Position numbers and translations under genes: made by a program. A stretch of DNA of 64,000 nucleotides from Eledone cirrhosa (taxonomy: Eukaryota), in assembly GCA_964016885.1 (NCBI GenBank), contig OZ024746.1:57846001-57910000 (forward strand), given 5' to 3'. Under the pieces are notes generated by a model. That model was not told where the DNA came from. It saw only the letters and a list, made by a program, of their open reading frames with translations, and did no database searches. The number at the start of each line of letters is the position of its first letter. Position 1 is the first letter of the stretch. Of this stretch, positions 29,480 to 45,053 are shown piece after piece.

Positions 29480-30180
29480 TAATGAAAAGTCTATATTTCA
29501 CCAGTTCAATGACAAACAAACGTTGGTAGTTCGTTTGATATTAAGTAACAACGAAAATACGTTGTCAACATGGAGAACGATAAACGATGGTTGGATGTTT
29601 TATCGAAAAGACCTTTATATGTTCAACATGTATCTTCTACGTTTTCGTATGACAAGCAATACATGTTGATATTACATGGTAACAAATCAATGTTGTGATC
29701 TGAAAGAGTGTCTGCTTATTTCTTCAATACGACACAAAAGTCTAAGAGGGATATTGTGCAAAAAAACATGTTACTTTGTCAATATGGAGTTTCTGCGATC
29801 CAGATCAACAGATTTGAAACGTGATCATGAAGTGTCGACGAACCTACGTCGAAAATATTGCGATCTTGCGTCCTCGTTTGACATGCGACAAAGTATTGTT
29901 GCATCTCTTTAAAATCGTAGGCTTCCATGCTAAAATTCAAAATGGCCCATATATTTTTAATCCTAATTGTGTATTTAGAAATTTGGGATTCATACTTGGA
30001 GATTTCTCTTCAATACGCAGACTTATGCGAATTTTTATATTATTTGGCATATTGCGTAAGTCACCACTATCAACGTCATGTATGTCGTACATGGTCTAGA
30101 AATATTTCAATGAAGATACACATCACTGACTTTACAAGCGATATCCATACTGTTAGTATTTCCCACAGTTCTACATAATG
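29480..30180 (+). pseudogene. Possible heavily decayed hAT-type transposase C-terminus
   Basis: Only weak motif echoes (RIFILFG, TDFTSDIH..SHS) across broken frames. Confidence 0.25.
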
Positions 30181-30560
30181 CAACTGCTAATACCCAAGTA
30201 ACAATTACTAACTTAACAGCAAAAATCGTTCGACCCCCCATCAGCTAGTCGTGAATTAATGTTAGACAATTATAATGAGGCCTGACTTAAGGCAGTACAG
30301 GATCCAGTAGGAATGATTCACATCACATCATGCACTTTTCCAATGCGGTGTTGTATGTGTGTTTGTTGATGTGTATGGCACTTTTCACTCCAATACATCT
30401 TACAACTTACCTGGTATTTAAAATGTTTGCTTCAGTATATATATATATATATATATATATAGCTGGCTTATATTAAATATGTATACTCAGCTATGTATTG
30501 AACACCTTACTTACCCGGGATGAACTTATATAAATAAATATATATATATATTTAGATATT

Positions 30561-30615
<55 letters not shown>

Positions 30616-31406
30616 AGACATGAGATAGAGAGAAAGAGGGGGTGTATGTACACGGTGGCGAGCACACATGCATACGTGAATATATTGATAGTGTATAGCA
30701 TATATATACGTTTGAGGTTATGCGGGGGTGATGCAGAATGTAAGCTTCAGTCTTATAGTTCAACGGATAACCCCCTCATTTATTTCAATTATTAGATGCT
30801 GCTCACGCCATTTAGGGCCCCATTACCTGTTATTGATATATCATTTACTATGTCAGCAGTCTATATAATAAACTCAACGAGAATGAAAATATTAAAGGTT
30901 TGCATAAACTACTGCAATTATTACCACCATAATGGTATTTTGAATGGTATTTTGTGGAATACGTTGATGCAATATTGATTTTTTGCATAAAACTACTCTC
31001 AAGAAAATTGGTATTCAAGTGATTTTCCTCATTGTTTTTATTTATTTTTCTGATTTTTCAAGCCACCACCATCTGATCGATGCAGTAAACGGTTTTTCAA
31101 AATCCAACTAGTTTGATCACATCTACCTCAGGGCAAAAATTTCCATTTTTTTCCTCCTATATGTACAACTGTAAATAATAATATATGTATAATAGTATTT
31201 CTTTCTTACATACATATTCTCTATCACTCACATTCTCTCTCCAATATATGTATATAAATAAATATAGGGTGTGCCCAAAAATGTATACACAAATCCACAA
31301 CATTCTAATAAATGCCTGTACAAGCAATCAAATTATGTATACATATTATTGGGAACACACTGGATATATATATATGTGTGTGTGTGTGTGTATGTGTATA
31401 TATATA

Positions 31407-31482
<76 letters not shown>

Positions 31483-32287
31483 CGTACATATATATATATA
31501 TATATATAAGAGTACACCAGCACTCCTCTAAATAGTTCATCATGCTTTGGGATAAAACATATCACTCGATCAAAACCTAAAAACCTAATATATGCATCAG
31601 ATCGAGCGAACTTGAATGCATGCTTCTATTACTACATCATGGTAATGACGGGCAGTGTTATTCGGCTCCTTTTCACTACTACACTGTTTATTTTTTTAAA
31701 AAAATTTGACCCATACCTATGCGTATTATGGAATAATCTTCCACCACCCATCAGCACAGATAGAGCTATTATATCAGTCTGTTGATGTTTACCTTCATCT
31801 GCACTCAAACACTGCTGCTTAAGCGCGGATTGACATTTAGGTTTATTCCCAATGTGATTAAGATTTGTTTGTTTCCAACACTTTAGCCTGCCTGGCTTCA
31901 TTGAAACCATTCCACTGCAGGTGTGGAAATAGCTTAACCTTCTGTCGACAGTTGATAAAGTGAATTCTTCCTCTGCATATATGGAATTTCCTCTGCTTAT
32001 TTTATCACCGTTTTATACACATTACGGTGTATATGAAACTTAATATACACATTTATTTAAACCAATATCTGACTGCTAGAAAATATCGTGTCCGCAGAAA
32101 GTATAGAATATTTTCTTATTTTCATCAAATATTCAAGTGTATCTTCGTTTTTATATGTTCCTACTTATTTTTATGTATATTGAATGTGTAGTTGTCTTCA
32201 TAAAGGGTCAGTGCTCAGGATCCCCATCGTTATTCTAGTTACTAGGTCATAACACATTCGGAAGAGGATGTGACCATTATGCAGCAA

Positions 32288-32757
32288 TATAGTATGTAGG
32301 AATTGTATACGATGTACACAATATGAGATATGAATACACAAAAGATATTGTTGGATTGAACTAGGTTAACAGAAAATACAGACTTTTATTGTAACATGGG
32401 TAGTATAACAAAATACTAGTGTGTATGAATATAACAAAGACGATTGGTTTGTGTGTATAATATTTAATTAACAATTTGTGGATATATATAGAACAGTATA
32501 GTTGACATATCAATGAATAGATGAAAGAATGAAGCAAAGTTATTAGTTACCGTTTGATTGCCAGGCGAACGCGGCTGGCAGAAGACGCCTGGCGAAGGCC
32601 AGGCGCCGGAAGGGCAAAATGAGATAGAGAGAACTTAAAGTTGTTAGTTTTATAGGGTTGTGACCGGAAGTTACAGAAAGGGTTCTACTTCCTGTCTAGA
32701 GAGCGTTAATCTATTGGGGAAGTGAGTGTCACAACAAAGGAGGCAACTCCTGCTACA
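32288..32757 (-). mobile_element. Solo-LTR-like segment
   Basis: Starts TGTAG, TATAAAA box, AATAAA, ends ..CTACATACTATA; partial paralog at 8203-8340; no clean TSD. Confidence 0.4.
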
Positions 32758-33428
32758 GTAGTAATAGCTGCAGTGAAATAATACTCTTTTCCATTCGAAT
32801 CAATCAAGTTAACATAAACATAGTTGGCAGTTTATGGTACTTGTAAAATGTTAACGGGACTAGTAACGCTAACATGAAGAACATTTTTAATCTGATTTAA
32901 GTGTAAATGAAAAGTGGGATGGTGCATGGCAATGGGATACGGGTGGTAAATAAACAGGTTATTCGAGGTTTAGAGAGGTATGAAGTAACATCCGTTGATG
33001 TATAATGTGAGGGTGCAGGAAGGACGAGTCTTCGGTAAGATCAAAAAAATCATTGAATAAATGAAAACATATAGTGCGCAAGAGAGAAGAGAACACTTCC
33101 TATGGACTTGCGATGCGTAAGGATGATGAACAATTAGTAAACAAATTAACGAGCGTGTTTTCAGTGGAGGGAAGTAATAATAAAGGAAGACCGAGAAAAT
33201 ATGAGGTAGAGTTGATCTTAAAACATAGAGCTTTTTAGAAAGGATGACAAAGGTATTAAAGGAATAGAAAGAGGTTGTTCTGGAATAGATGAGTAAAACA
33301 CATGTAAGTATGGAAAAATGGATTAACAAATATAATGCAGCTGAGCGTATATATGTGTCTGAATATATATATATTTCCAATTCCACCCCACCCGTCAATT
33401 CAATCTTTCAAATTTCCCATTCTTTCTT

Positions 33429-33457
33429 CTGATGAAGGAGTAGTATTCGAAACTTTA
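33429..33457 (+). ncRNA. Decayed HHR-like core
   Basis: CTGATGA-AGGAGTAGTATTC-GAAAC; stem II GAGUA/UAUUC; stems I and III poor. Confidence 0.4.
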
Positions 33458-33626
33458 AAACCCTCTTCCCGCTATTTCAAGCGTTAACCTAATATATTCC
33501 TTACATATACCGCACCGATCGTGTTGTTATTTCTGTTTACCTTTTATACACACGCGCGCACAACACACAGACACACCCCCGCATACACTCACATTCACAC
33601 AGACACTTTCTCACACACACACACAC

Positions 33627-33733
<107 letters not shown>

Positions 33734-33868
33734 GAGAGAGAGAGAGAGAGAGTTAGATAGATAGATAGATAAATAGATAGGATACAGGATGCCACAAAAA
33801 ATGTAGACACACTTCGAAAGCATTGTGATCAAAATCTATATACATTTATATGGAACACCTTGTATATA

Positions 33869-33903
<35 letters not shown>

Positions 33904-33905
<2 letters not shown>

Positions 33906-34092
33906 CGAGGGCAAAGTGGTAAGGGACCAGGTGGACCATAACGCACCAAAGTACTCAATACTTAGGGTAGTAGAGTGGGTAATAGGAGTAAGTAAGACCC
34001 CGACGGCTGAGCTCAAGCCGTCTCGACGGCTAATTCTGTACTGAATTAGCCGTCGAAACGGCTTGAGCTCAGCCATCGGGGTCTTACTTACT

Positions 34093-34095
<3 letters not shown>
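33904..34095 (-). mobile_element. Hairpin-plus-tail element copy
   Basis: Reverse-orientation homolog of 24177-24369; flanked by (TA)n. Confidence 0.9.
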
Positions 34096-34180
<85 letters not shown>

Positions 34181-34643
34181 CCTATATATATATATGTGTG
34201 TGTGTGTATTTATATATACATAACATAAACATCTCAGCCTCTGTATACATAAATTCTTACATACATATATACATACATACATACAAGCATACATACGTTC
34301 GTACATACATATATACACACATACTTATATGCGCTATTCAAAATAGTGAGCCGCAAGTAAAATAAAAAGTGGCAAGTCATAATCACCATTATTTTGAAAA
34401 TTATGGTATTTTTACTCTCAATTTTACTATGGTAATAGAGCAATAATTTCGAGATAATCCGCTAGATATATCATTAGCTGCCATAAAATTGTCAAATGAT
34501 GTCTTGGAGTAGCGCTACTATTTTGACCTTAAGTAGAACAGGGTTCATATTCGCTCCCCATATAGATAATGGCAAACACAGAGAATTCGATGTTTATGAT
34601 GTGTACTGTATATAGATATATGCATACATACAAACATCATACA

Positions 34644-34675
<32 letters not shown>

Positions 34676-34727
34676 TCTGTATCTCTCTCTCTCTCTCACT
34701 CTCTCTCTCTCTCTATCTCTCTCTCTT

Positions 34728-34762
<35 letters not shown>

Positions 34763-34793
34763 ATATATATATAAACAATTATTTATGCGGACC

Positions 34794-34891
<98 letters not shown>

Positions 34892-34902
34892 TACATATAT
34901 AT

Positions 34903-34933
<31 letters not shown>

Positions 34934-34952
34934 ATGTGTATTTGTGTGTATC

Positions 34953-34987
<35 letters not shown>

Positions 34988-35027
34988 ATATATATATATA
35001 TACATATACATATATACATATATATAC

Positions 35028-35076
<49 letters not shown>

Positions 35077-35160
35077 CGCACACACACAAGTACATACGTA
35101 CACAGATTCATATATACAGTCATACATATATACATACATACAATACATACACACATACAA

Positions 35161-35194
<34 letters not shown>

Positions 35195-36860
35195 ACTTTA
35201 AGGAAAACGACTTCTAGACATTTGTGATTAAAATTCGGATAACAGTAAACATTGCAGAAAAGGTGGTCTATTATCAATGTTAATAAGAATAACATCACAA
35301 AGAAACTACCAAAAAGAAAACAAGGAAATAAACATTTATTTGTTTAAGAATCAATTAAAACTAAAAGGAAAAATAAGTAAATAATATATTAAAAAAAGTG
35401 AGAGATATCTGTTAATAACTAAAGAAAATAATATAAATATATTGTCTACATTCTTTGTTTTATGTATTTTAAAGAACTAATAATGTATGTTTATAGAAGA
35501 TTTTGTTTGGGATTTGCCGTAGGATGTCTTACAATTTTAAAACAAAATCTCTTAAGATCCTTAGTATTCACCCGGATGCTACAAAGGATGAAGCCTCCAC
35601 ATATTTCTCTAATCTGTTCAACTTGATACATCATGCACTCGATAAAACGATTTTACCTCTGGAATATATATATGTGTTTGTTTAAATAAACAGTTAATTA
35701 AATCTTCTCGTTGATATTTTCTTCATTCTTTGTGTCATATGATTAAAATAATTTCATAATATCCGTTTATAAATAATTACGGATTTTGTTTAAGATGCCT
35801 TACAACGTAAAAATAAGATCTCACCTCGGAACATCCATTTGCCAGAAGAAAAGACTTTCATTTTATTTTGCTATTCCATCACAGTGTGAGTATATATACT
35901 GTGACAAAACAGATATTTTCTAAGTTGTTTGTAGTTATCTTTATTTTCAAGATGGAAATATAATACATCTATAGACAGTTTTGTTTATGATTATTTGTCA
36001 GATGCCAGGCAAGATCTGAAAACAGTAGTTTACCTTTGTACAGCCATCTGCAAAACATACAAGAAAAACAGAAGTGACGCAAGCGTTTCGCTGAACCGTC
36101 AATTTTAGATGGCACATACATTGAAAACAAAATAAATAGCCAAAAATATTGGACTCTTGATCATTAGCTAACAGATACAAATCTGAATCTGGTGTTATTG
36201 CAGAAACTTGCTGGTTATGTTTAAAATAAACTAAAGTGTCGAAGTAACCAAATAAAAGAAACGATCTTCTTACTCAGGCTGCAGGCTCGAAATGAATCAT
36301 TTACCTTATTTCTTCTTAATATATGCGACTTTCTCATATATGAAAATGTAAAAATCATAATATTAACTTCATATTTCAAACCAAGAAAAATATGTCGTTA
36401 TCTTGAAACATACGTATGAGACTACAGCGTCTATGTATATATCAGTCAAAACTGTATGTAATAGACAAATGTAAACATCCTGTACTTGTGTACAACATAT
36501 GTTTTAAGGATAGACGAAATATAAACTGATTAGTTGGTCTAATTTCAATCCTGTGTCATATTTCAAAATCGACTGAGTGCCACCTTTCACTACCCACAGA
36601 ATTACTCCCCATACACATACTGTTATTAAGGGCTTATGTAAAACGGATAAACCAAACAACATTAGAACGCATACGTCGTAGATATTTCTATTAACAAATT
36701 ACGGGTGTTATGATTTGTTGAATGCAATATATATTTATATATATTGCATTAAACAAATCATCTATCTTTCTGTATATATATCACCTTGATCACCTTGACC
36801 GACCAGTCTGTCGGGCGCCAAACGGCGCCGCTGGTCACAGCACGTCGTGCTATTTTAGCC

Positions 36861-36911
<51 letters not shown>

Positions 36912-37539
36912 TATATATACACAGAAAGATAGAGAAGGGAAATAGAGAGAGAGGTTTTACTCAACAGTGTGTTGCTGTAAGCGCTAAGGTTTAATATCTC
37001 TTTAGATTGGCAATAGTTACTAATATAAACTACATCTTATTTTATAATTTTGTTATGCAATAGAATTCAACACTAGTGATAAATATGCGGTTGATTTTCA
37101 AGTCCAACAGCACTAGGTCGATAGAAGACAATAGATCAGGTTGGTCTAGGTGATATAGGTATTCAAATATAAAGTTTCGAAGCCTAGATGCCATTGTGGT
37201 AACGATAGAAAACTGAGTTAGTTGTTGAAGCCTGTTTATTATTGATTATTTTCTAATCAATTGAATCTATATTAGTGTAGCATTAGTGTAGCATTAGTTT
37301 CAGGTATATACGCAATTGCATAACTTGATTGATGTTTGTACAGCGTAAGGGTTTGATCAGGCAAAACCTGGCTACTATTACGCACGTAGACAAAGAAAGG
37401 TTTTTCTAACAAAGCAAAACGTAAAACATATGATGCCTGTACACGTAGTACAAATAGACATGTTTGTGAGATGTGGACATTAGATGCAGTGGATATATAA
37501 AAGCGAAAGCAAATTGATCTGAAAATACTTTATTAGATG

Positions 37540-37760
37540 TGTAATGTTAGTATATATGAACAATAAAGCATAGATGAGCTGACAGAAAAAAAATCTGCAT
37601 TTAAGAGAAATTAGATGCATCGTGCAACAGAAGAACTTTGCTGGTATAGACATATACACCGTACGGATGATCACCGTTGACATAAGGGTGCTGAATATTG
37701 CAAAGGTGGTTTCAAAGAAATAGTGGAGACAAGATGATGATAGAGCTCATCTAATCTCCG
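37540..37760 (+). mobile_element. Decayed RTE-like LINE 3' end
   Basis: WYRHIHRTDDH..RVLNI resembles the L.W.GH..R.DD terminus of RTE ORFs. Confidence 0.4.
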
Positions 37761-38098
37761 CAAGCATAGAGGTCAAAATTGGTATTTCCTTGGAGGTCAG
37801 AATGTCTCTCGTATTATAGGTCTTATCTTTAAATTTAGCAATACGGAAGCCTATGTATGGAATATGCGTGTTTAGGCATATGAACTGTTAAATGTGACGT
37901 CAAGCAGACGAAAAATGGATATAACTTGAAGCGGAACATTGAGCGGGGTTGTAGTTTTTTTCATTAGTTTAACATTTTTCTGTGAGGCAATCGCTGTATT
38001 TTACATTATCTATTAATAACATCAAACCAAGTTAGATGGTTGCTATTTCTACTGGCAATATAAAATATACTTCCTCATGGTGCAAACTATAGTCACGC

Positions 38099-38190
<92 letters not shown>

Positions 38191-38372
38191 ATATGTATGC
38201 GGGTGTGTATGTATATATATATATATACATTATTAAGGCGCGACTAACAAGGTTGTGAAAAATTTTATGTGAAATACACAATAATTGTTTCACAAATTAT
38301 AACAGCTATGGCGTCCTAGGTGTGAGCTCATCCTGAATCATTCATATACCAAAAAATACCGATAATCGATAA

Positions 38373-38408
<36 letters not shown>

Positions 38409-40513
38409 AAACGACGACGGCGACGACGATGATGATGATGATGATGATGATGATTACGATAATGAAATAATACTAGTAATGGTGATGGTCGTGCTGGTTT
38501 CTAACATATTATGTACAATCACTTTACTAACATGAATTTATTCCTTTTACACACAGACACAGATGAAAAGAGCAATTTTTTCAAACACACACACATTGCC
38601 AAATATATAGACAAATGGTGGTGCTCGTTCATTCGAACATGGAACATGGAAGAATCGGGGGATTATGATGTTGGGACGAGGTAAAGGGTTAGGTAGAGAA
38701 TGAGGAAGGAGTTGATGATAGTGGATTTTATGCTTACGTTACTGTGCTATTTTATGTACACTATTCATCTACTTAAGGTGGTGAATTGGCAAATTCACTA
38801 GGGCATCGAAATAAGAATTACTAGATATTTGTTCCGACTCACTGACTTCTGAGTGCAAATCTTGTAAAGGTTAACAGTAGCTTTCAGGATTTTGAGGGCG
38901 GTAAATAATTTACCATTCCAGCACACGGATCGATTCTTCTTTTTCCTCTAACCCTCCTGTCATCATTTGCCCCATATATTTCTCCCATTTAGAATGCACC
39001 AGACATTATATGTATCAGTAAGGTGCACCTTCCTTCTTGCTTATGTGTAAATTGTATGGCGCACAATGTAAGATACGTCCAGTGCCTAGAAGATCTAACT
39101 TTCTGAATGATGTCCATGTATATAATACCTAGCATTTTCAACGTAATATTTTGGATTCTCCTTCGATCGCGTGAGTGCTCATTCAGTTGTGCGAGCAAAC
39201 GCACGATTAACTAGTGTAGAGTAACCTAGCTGTGATCCTTGAAAAATTTGGGTCATTAAAGTGAGAACCGGTTGGCTCTGTGAGCTACGTCCAACATTAT
39301 ATGTATTTGTTATAAACTAAATATAAAAATGCTAATTAGTGTCCATTCTTCTCTGAGCATAAACATTGTTCTTGATTATACTATTTTGTTGTACAATAAT
39401 CTAGGATGAATAGGATGTAGTGGGTGGGAAAAATAGGTGTAAGTTAACGGATTCCTCGATATAGAATATAATGCGTACGTGTTTGACTTTTCTAAAGACA
39501 CGTGTACATTTAAAGTATTCCCATGCCAAACTTCTAACCCGTATTCTATGGTCTTTACGATTTCTATTACAAGTGTCTATATATTTGCTGCTACAAATGA
39601 CGTAATATTATTGATATATCAATCAGTATTTACCAACATATTTCTCACAAACAGAGTGCTTTTCAAATACCTACAGCAATATACTACAAACCTGGTTAAT
39701 ATAGATTAAAATATATATACAACGAATACAAATAATACCGAAAGAAATCTCTCCCAGAAATAATAGAAAGATGCTGAAGAGTTTAAATAAGTAATGAGAA
39801 AACTAAATACAATACAACAAAACAACAAAGATTGAAAAACAAGAACTCAATTGCTATTCATTGCCTTATAAACTTCCTCATTCACACACATTTACAAGTT
39901 ATATTCGGCACCCATAGGAACGCCTTTCCAAACTACACGGACGTAATCCATTCAGCGTCGTGCAAACAAGGCAAATTGAATGTGCAAATTGACGAGAGAG
40001 ATAAAGAGAGAATGGGGAAGAAAGAGGGTGAGAGAAGGCAGAGAATAACATGACAAAAAGGTGGAAATAATAATAATGATAATAATAATAATGTCCATAC
40101 TGATCACATGTGACGTAAAGGATATATGTGGTGTGGTATATTTTTACAATTCAGAAATTCTCTAGGTGAATATGGAAGCAATTATTGATCACTGGGGCTT
40201 TTAGTCACTCAGAGTAAATTCGAAAAAACACCCACATGAGAGACACACTAAAACACACATATACACGCACACACACACGCACTAGGGACCTATGGGTTTA
40301 TCTATATAGCTATCTCTCTAGCCATCCAAATAAATATTTATACTTTGATACATGTATTCTCACTTTGTATCAGTTTAGTTATATAATAACGGCGTATTCT
40401 TTAAAAAATGTTTCCCCCATAATTTATTTATTTCCATCAACAAATGCACCCGCCTTCTCTCTCTTTCTCTCTCTCACACAAACATACACACACATATATA
40501 CACATATATACAC

Positions 40514-40651
<138 letters not shown>

Positions 40652-40667
40652 AAATATATATATATAT

Positions 40668-40799
40668 ATCGATATACATTGGCTATGAATGTCGTATCGA
40701 TATACAACCTTTGACATAAATTATATATATATATATATAAAATTTATGTCAAAGGTTGTATATTGATACGACATTCATAGCCTAGTCAACGTATATCGA
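40668..40799. repeat. Inverted repeat centred on a short (TA)n
   Basis: 40681-40722 / 40741-40782 with 1 mismatch; extends outward with a gap. Confidence 0.9.
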
Positions 40800-40982
40800 C
40801 TGAAAGGCAAATCCGCTTGTGATTAACTGCAGCGTACACATCCCCTCCGCGTAACCCATCATCCCTCATCTGCCCCATACTTATCATTTACCTCCCAAAC
40901 GTTGTGTTGCATTGTCACGCAGCTTAGGTTAGAGGAACTAAGCGACGATTTACACATTTTATATGGTTTAGTAGATTTAAAT

Positions 40983-41162
40983 AATTGTTTCTACTTTTGG
41001 CACAAGGCCAGCAAATACCCAGTGTATTACTGGTACTTTATTTTATCGACCCCGTAAGGATTAAAGGCAAAGTTAATCTCGGCGGGATTTAAACTCAGAA
41101 TGGCAAGGGCCGTAACTCTATGCGTCAAAGCATAGCGTCCGAGCCTCTACCGATACTGCCAA
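40983..41162 (-). mobile_element. tRNA-derived SINE with TSD AGATTTAAATAAT
   Basis: Main family; TSD on both flanks. Confidence 0.85.
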
Positions 41163-41298
41163 GATTTAAATAATGTCGCTATATCCTTATTTTTACAGCC
41201 CTCTCAATGCATTTTTCTTACTAAGCACTGATATGCTGTTAACCATAAACAACAGGAATAACGTCGATGTAAATGGTACTGAACGTAACACACAGACA

Positions 41299-41347
<49 letters not shown>

Positions 41348-41444
41348 GCATATATAGATAGATAGATACATACAAACATGTGTGTGTAGATATAGTTATA
41401 TAGATATATGAATTAGAGTGCGCGTGTATACATATATATATATA

Positions 41445-41523
<79 letters not shown>

Positions 41524-41939
41524 ATGTGTGTGCGTGTGTATGTGTGTGCGTGTTTGTGTATGTGTGTGTGTATAATCCATGTATATTAAAATATATATTT
41601 ATATATTATTTCATTTTTAAACGACAGACATTTATAACGGGGATCTGTTAACATTTACTTATTTATTTCTCTATATATTACATTCTGCATATATATATAT
41701 ATATTCGCCCTTGCGTATTGGTGTATCTTCAATGTGACAACTTCATGTATTCTATTTATGCAATAAAACGGTCAACTGGACAAGATCAAATACGTTACAT
41801 ATGGCAGAATGGCAGAAATATATATCTTTTGATACTAATGTTAAATTACTCTCTATATGTAACGGTACATGTTCATAATACATTTCACACTTCCACACAT
41901 GGGCGCATAGATAGTATTTGTAAAACCCACACTCAGTTA

Positions 41940-41973
<34 letters not shown>

Positions 41974-42414
41974 CTTTGTGTGTGTGTATGTATATTCTTC
42001 AGGTTTTATTATTTTCTTTCATACATGTACACGATTAGAGATAGAGAGAGTCATTTTCTAATATAGGAATTGAAATGTATATAAGATCAACTAAGTATAT
42101 ACGTATGTATGAATATGTGTGTACGTGTGTGCTGGTATGGGTATTGTTATGTGTGCAGAGCTGTATATTTAGAGTTGTATGTGTAAAGATGCATGTGTCC
42201 CTATCTGTACATGCAGTTATTACAAGCTGAATTTCTGAAATATTCTATATATTTTTACAGTTCCTTTAATGGACTGCACTTGCAGGTTTGTAATATAACG
42301 AAGAGGCACACTCCCCACAAGCATATGTTTAAATGTATAGTCAGGGTGGAATGTCCGTAGATTCTTCATTGGTAAAGCAGACATTTTCTTCTTTTCGATA
42401 ATTTTTAGTATTAT

Positions 42415-42632
42415 ATTGGTCTCTGATTTAGGCACAAGGCCAACAATTTTAGGGAAGCGGAAAATCGATTAAATCCACTCCAGTTCATTACTGGTACTTC
42501 ATTTTATCCATCGCATAAGGATCAAAGGCAAAGCTAACCTTCATGGAATTTGAACTCAGATCGTATAGGGTCGTAACTCTATGCTATGAAGCATGTTGTC
42601 CGACGTTCCACCGATACTGCCAATTCACCGCC
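42415..42632 (-). mobile_element. tRNA-derived SINE (main family)
   Basis: A and B boxes plus central domain. Confidence 0.8.
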
Positions 42633-45014
42633 TATCTTTAGCATTATATTGACATTTGCTTTGCAACCGATTTCCACTACTGTGCATTCCTTCTGTTCTT
42701 ACACACGTCACATATCACTATGTTTGGTGTGCTATGTTTGCATTTTATTGGGGCTTTGACTGGAACATTCCACCATTAATCTTTCATAATATGTATGTAT
42801 ATGCCGTCCACATCACTATAGCTCATATTTTCATTCACAGGCCTAACATTCCTACGGATTCCATAATATAGAATTGTGAACACTACATAATTTCTCGTAG
42901 TTAAATAACATTGTGATGGCATCATTGGACAGCTAATTATGATGTGGATGATATCCTCGACGTTTCTTCCGCAGAGTCTTCATCTTTTGCCACATCTAAA
43001 TGTTTTGCTTTCATCCCTATCCGTTTTGAGTTTCAGATATTTTGTTTCTTCTTGTTCTTGCTTTTTAAAATCATATTCATTAAAGTGGGAAACATTATAC
43101 AGGTTGCCTCTCCGATATTACTTTCAATATCTATATTACTCTCACTTTGAAGCATTCTGGCATCATAGCCATGCAAGGCTGTTAGCTCATAAGCATGCAG
43201 ACGTTAATCCATGGATTACTTGAGGTATTGCTGTATAATTTCACTGGGAATGAAGTTGTTGTTATCATGCAGGGAGCCTTACTCAAACAGCTCCTTTCCA
43301 ACACATATGATATTATCTGCCTCGTGTAGAGAGACTTGTTCTATAGATGGGCTTCTACGGTTGATGGTTCGTAGACATTGTCGGAATGTTACAACACTCC
43401 AATGCTGTTTGGATTTATGCTAACCCCTGCCTCTGTCTTTATATTTCATCTAAAGGCATTCTATGTCACTATCGATGTGGAAATATCTGGTACCTTTTAG
43501 AAATTTCTAGTCAATTACTCATAATGCTGGAGTCAACAAAAGCAGCGAACACATTGTAGGCAACTGCTTTTTCTGCGAGCAGAATTTCGAAGACATATTT
43601 TTCTTATTCGCATATTGCATTTCAGGGGTACTCTTTTTTTGTGGCATATGCCAACATATGTAGCATTCATTGTAAAATACCGATGAAACTCTCAGGTCAT
43701 TGATAGAGATATTACTAGACGGGCGTGTAGTTTTAACGGGGTTTACATCATATAGGAACATTTAACCTAGCCAAACTGCATTTCCCATAGCTTTCAAAAA
43801 TATTGAATATATATATTTTACATGTTATAAAGAAACTTTATAACATTTATAAAAAAGGTGATGTTGGCAAAGACTTCTTTATCAATTTTGAATCATCAAA
43901 ATATTTATTATTAGGTTAAATAGGTTTTCGTTAAAACTACTGCATGCTTATTTTCGACCACATTGGTCGCTTCTGTCCTTGTTAAAGTAAGGGATCCCTT
44001 ATATATAACATCCGGCTTCGGAAGGGCATCGATGATGAAGTTGCATTTATGGCAGTGGGATCGGGAGCAAAGGGGTGTGGGGGGAAGTAGTTGGTGAAGG
44101 AGCGGCAGGCGAGATGATCTCTGTGTTTGCGTGTGTTCTTGAAGGGAGTGGAGTAGGAAGATGATGAAATTGGAGGAGACTGACTGGTGGTGGCGGAAGA
44201 ATCTGAGGACCGTCATCTGGAGAGGCAATGTGTAGAGGTGTGATAGGTTTCATACTACCATATTTCATGGCGCCGACGACGCTTCGCCCTCGATGATTGG
44301 CCCTAATTTTGACAACCTAAAAACTGAAAAAAAAAATAATAAACAACCTTCGCATGGTAGATTTTTAAGACATATTTTAGGAAAAAAGTAGCGCCGTCGA
44401 CGCCAGGAAATACGGTATTTCAACAGATGCCACGTGTATATAATAAAGGTGAAGTACGGACGAGAAATAAATCCAATGTTGCACAAATAACGCTGTCTGG
44501 TGCGTTGTATTCATTTCTTTATCTTTGATCCGTATTAGATGAAAAAATAAATTATTCGAAGATTTTCAAATTAAACATAGGAAGTTACTCATTAATTTGA
44601 TGGTTATTTATAGTCAATAATTTCAGTGGAAAATATGGTCGAAAATATTAAAAATCATAAATTCTATCTTTTATCAACACTTCGAATATAAACCTGGAGT
44701 CTAACGGACCACCAATGTCTAACCTATTTACTGATTTACGATACGAATGATAATGAGTCAACATATCGTATTGAGTTAACAACTATTGAATCAGCAGATC
44801 ACGTTGACATCGTAGAGCCCATTGTGTAGTAATAAATCTAAATGTAGTATTACCTACATCTGTCACATTTTGGGAGTATATTCACAATTGTATCTTGACT
44901 ATCTACGAATAAGATATTATATATCTAATACTGAAAAAAATACTAAAATTCTAAAACAAAGGAAAGATGCGTACTATGTACTGTAAATATGCATTTGACT
45001 GTCACCACACATTA

Positions 45015-45053
45015 TGAACCTGAAGATTGCGAAAGCATGAAAGTACTTGTTCA
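45015..45053 (+). ncRNA. Complete 39-nt minimal hammerhead ribozyme
   Basis: UGAAC-CUGAAGA-U-UGC(GAAA)GCA-U-GAAA-GUAC-UU^GUUCA: perfect 5-bp stem I, GAAA-capped stem II, palindromic stem III. Confidence 0.85.

Noticed and set aside
31632-32230. ORF 31632-31910 as internal LTR-retrotransposon coding sequence
   Set aside because: No recognisable gag/pol motifs in any frame.
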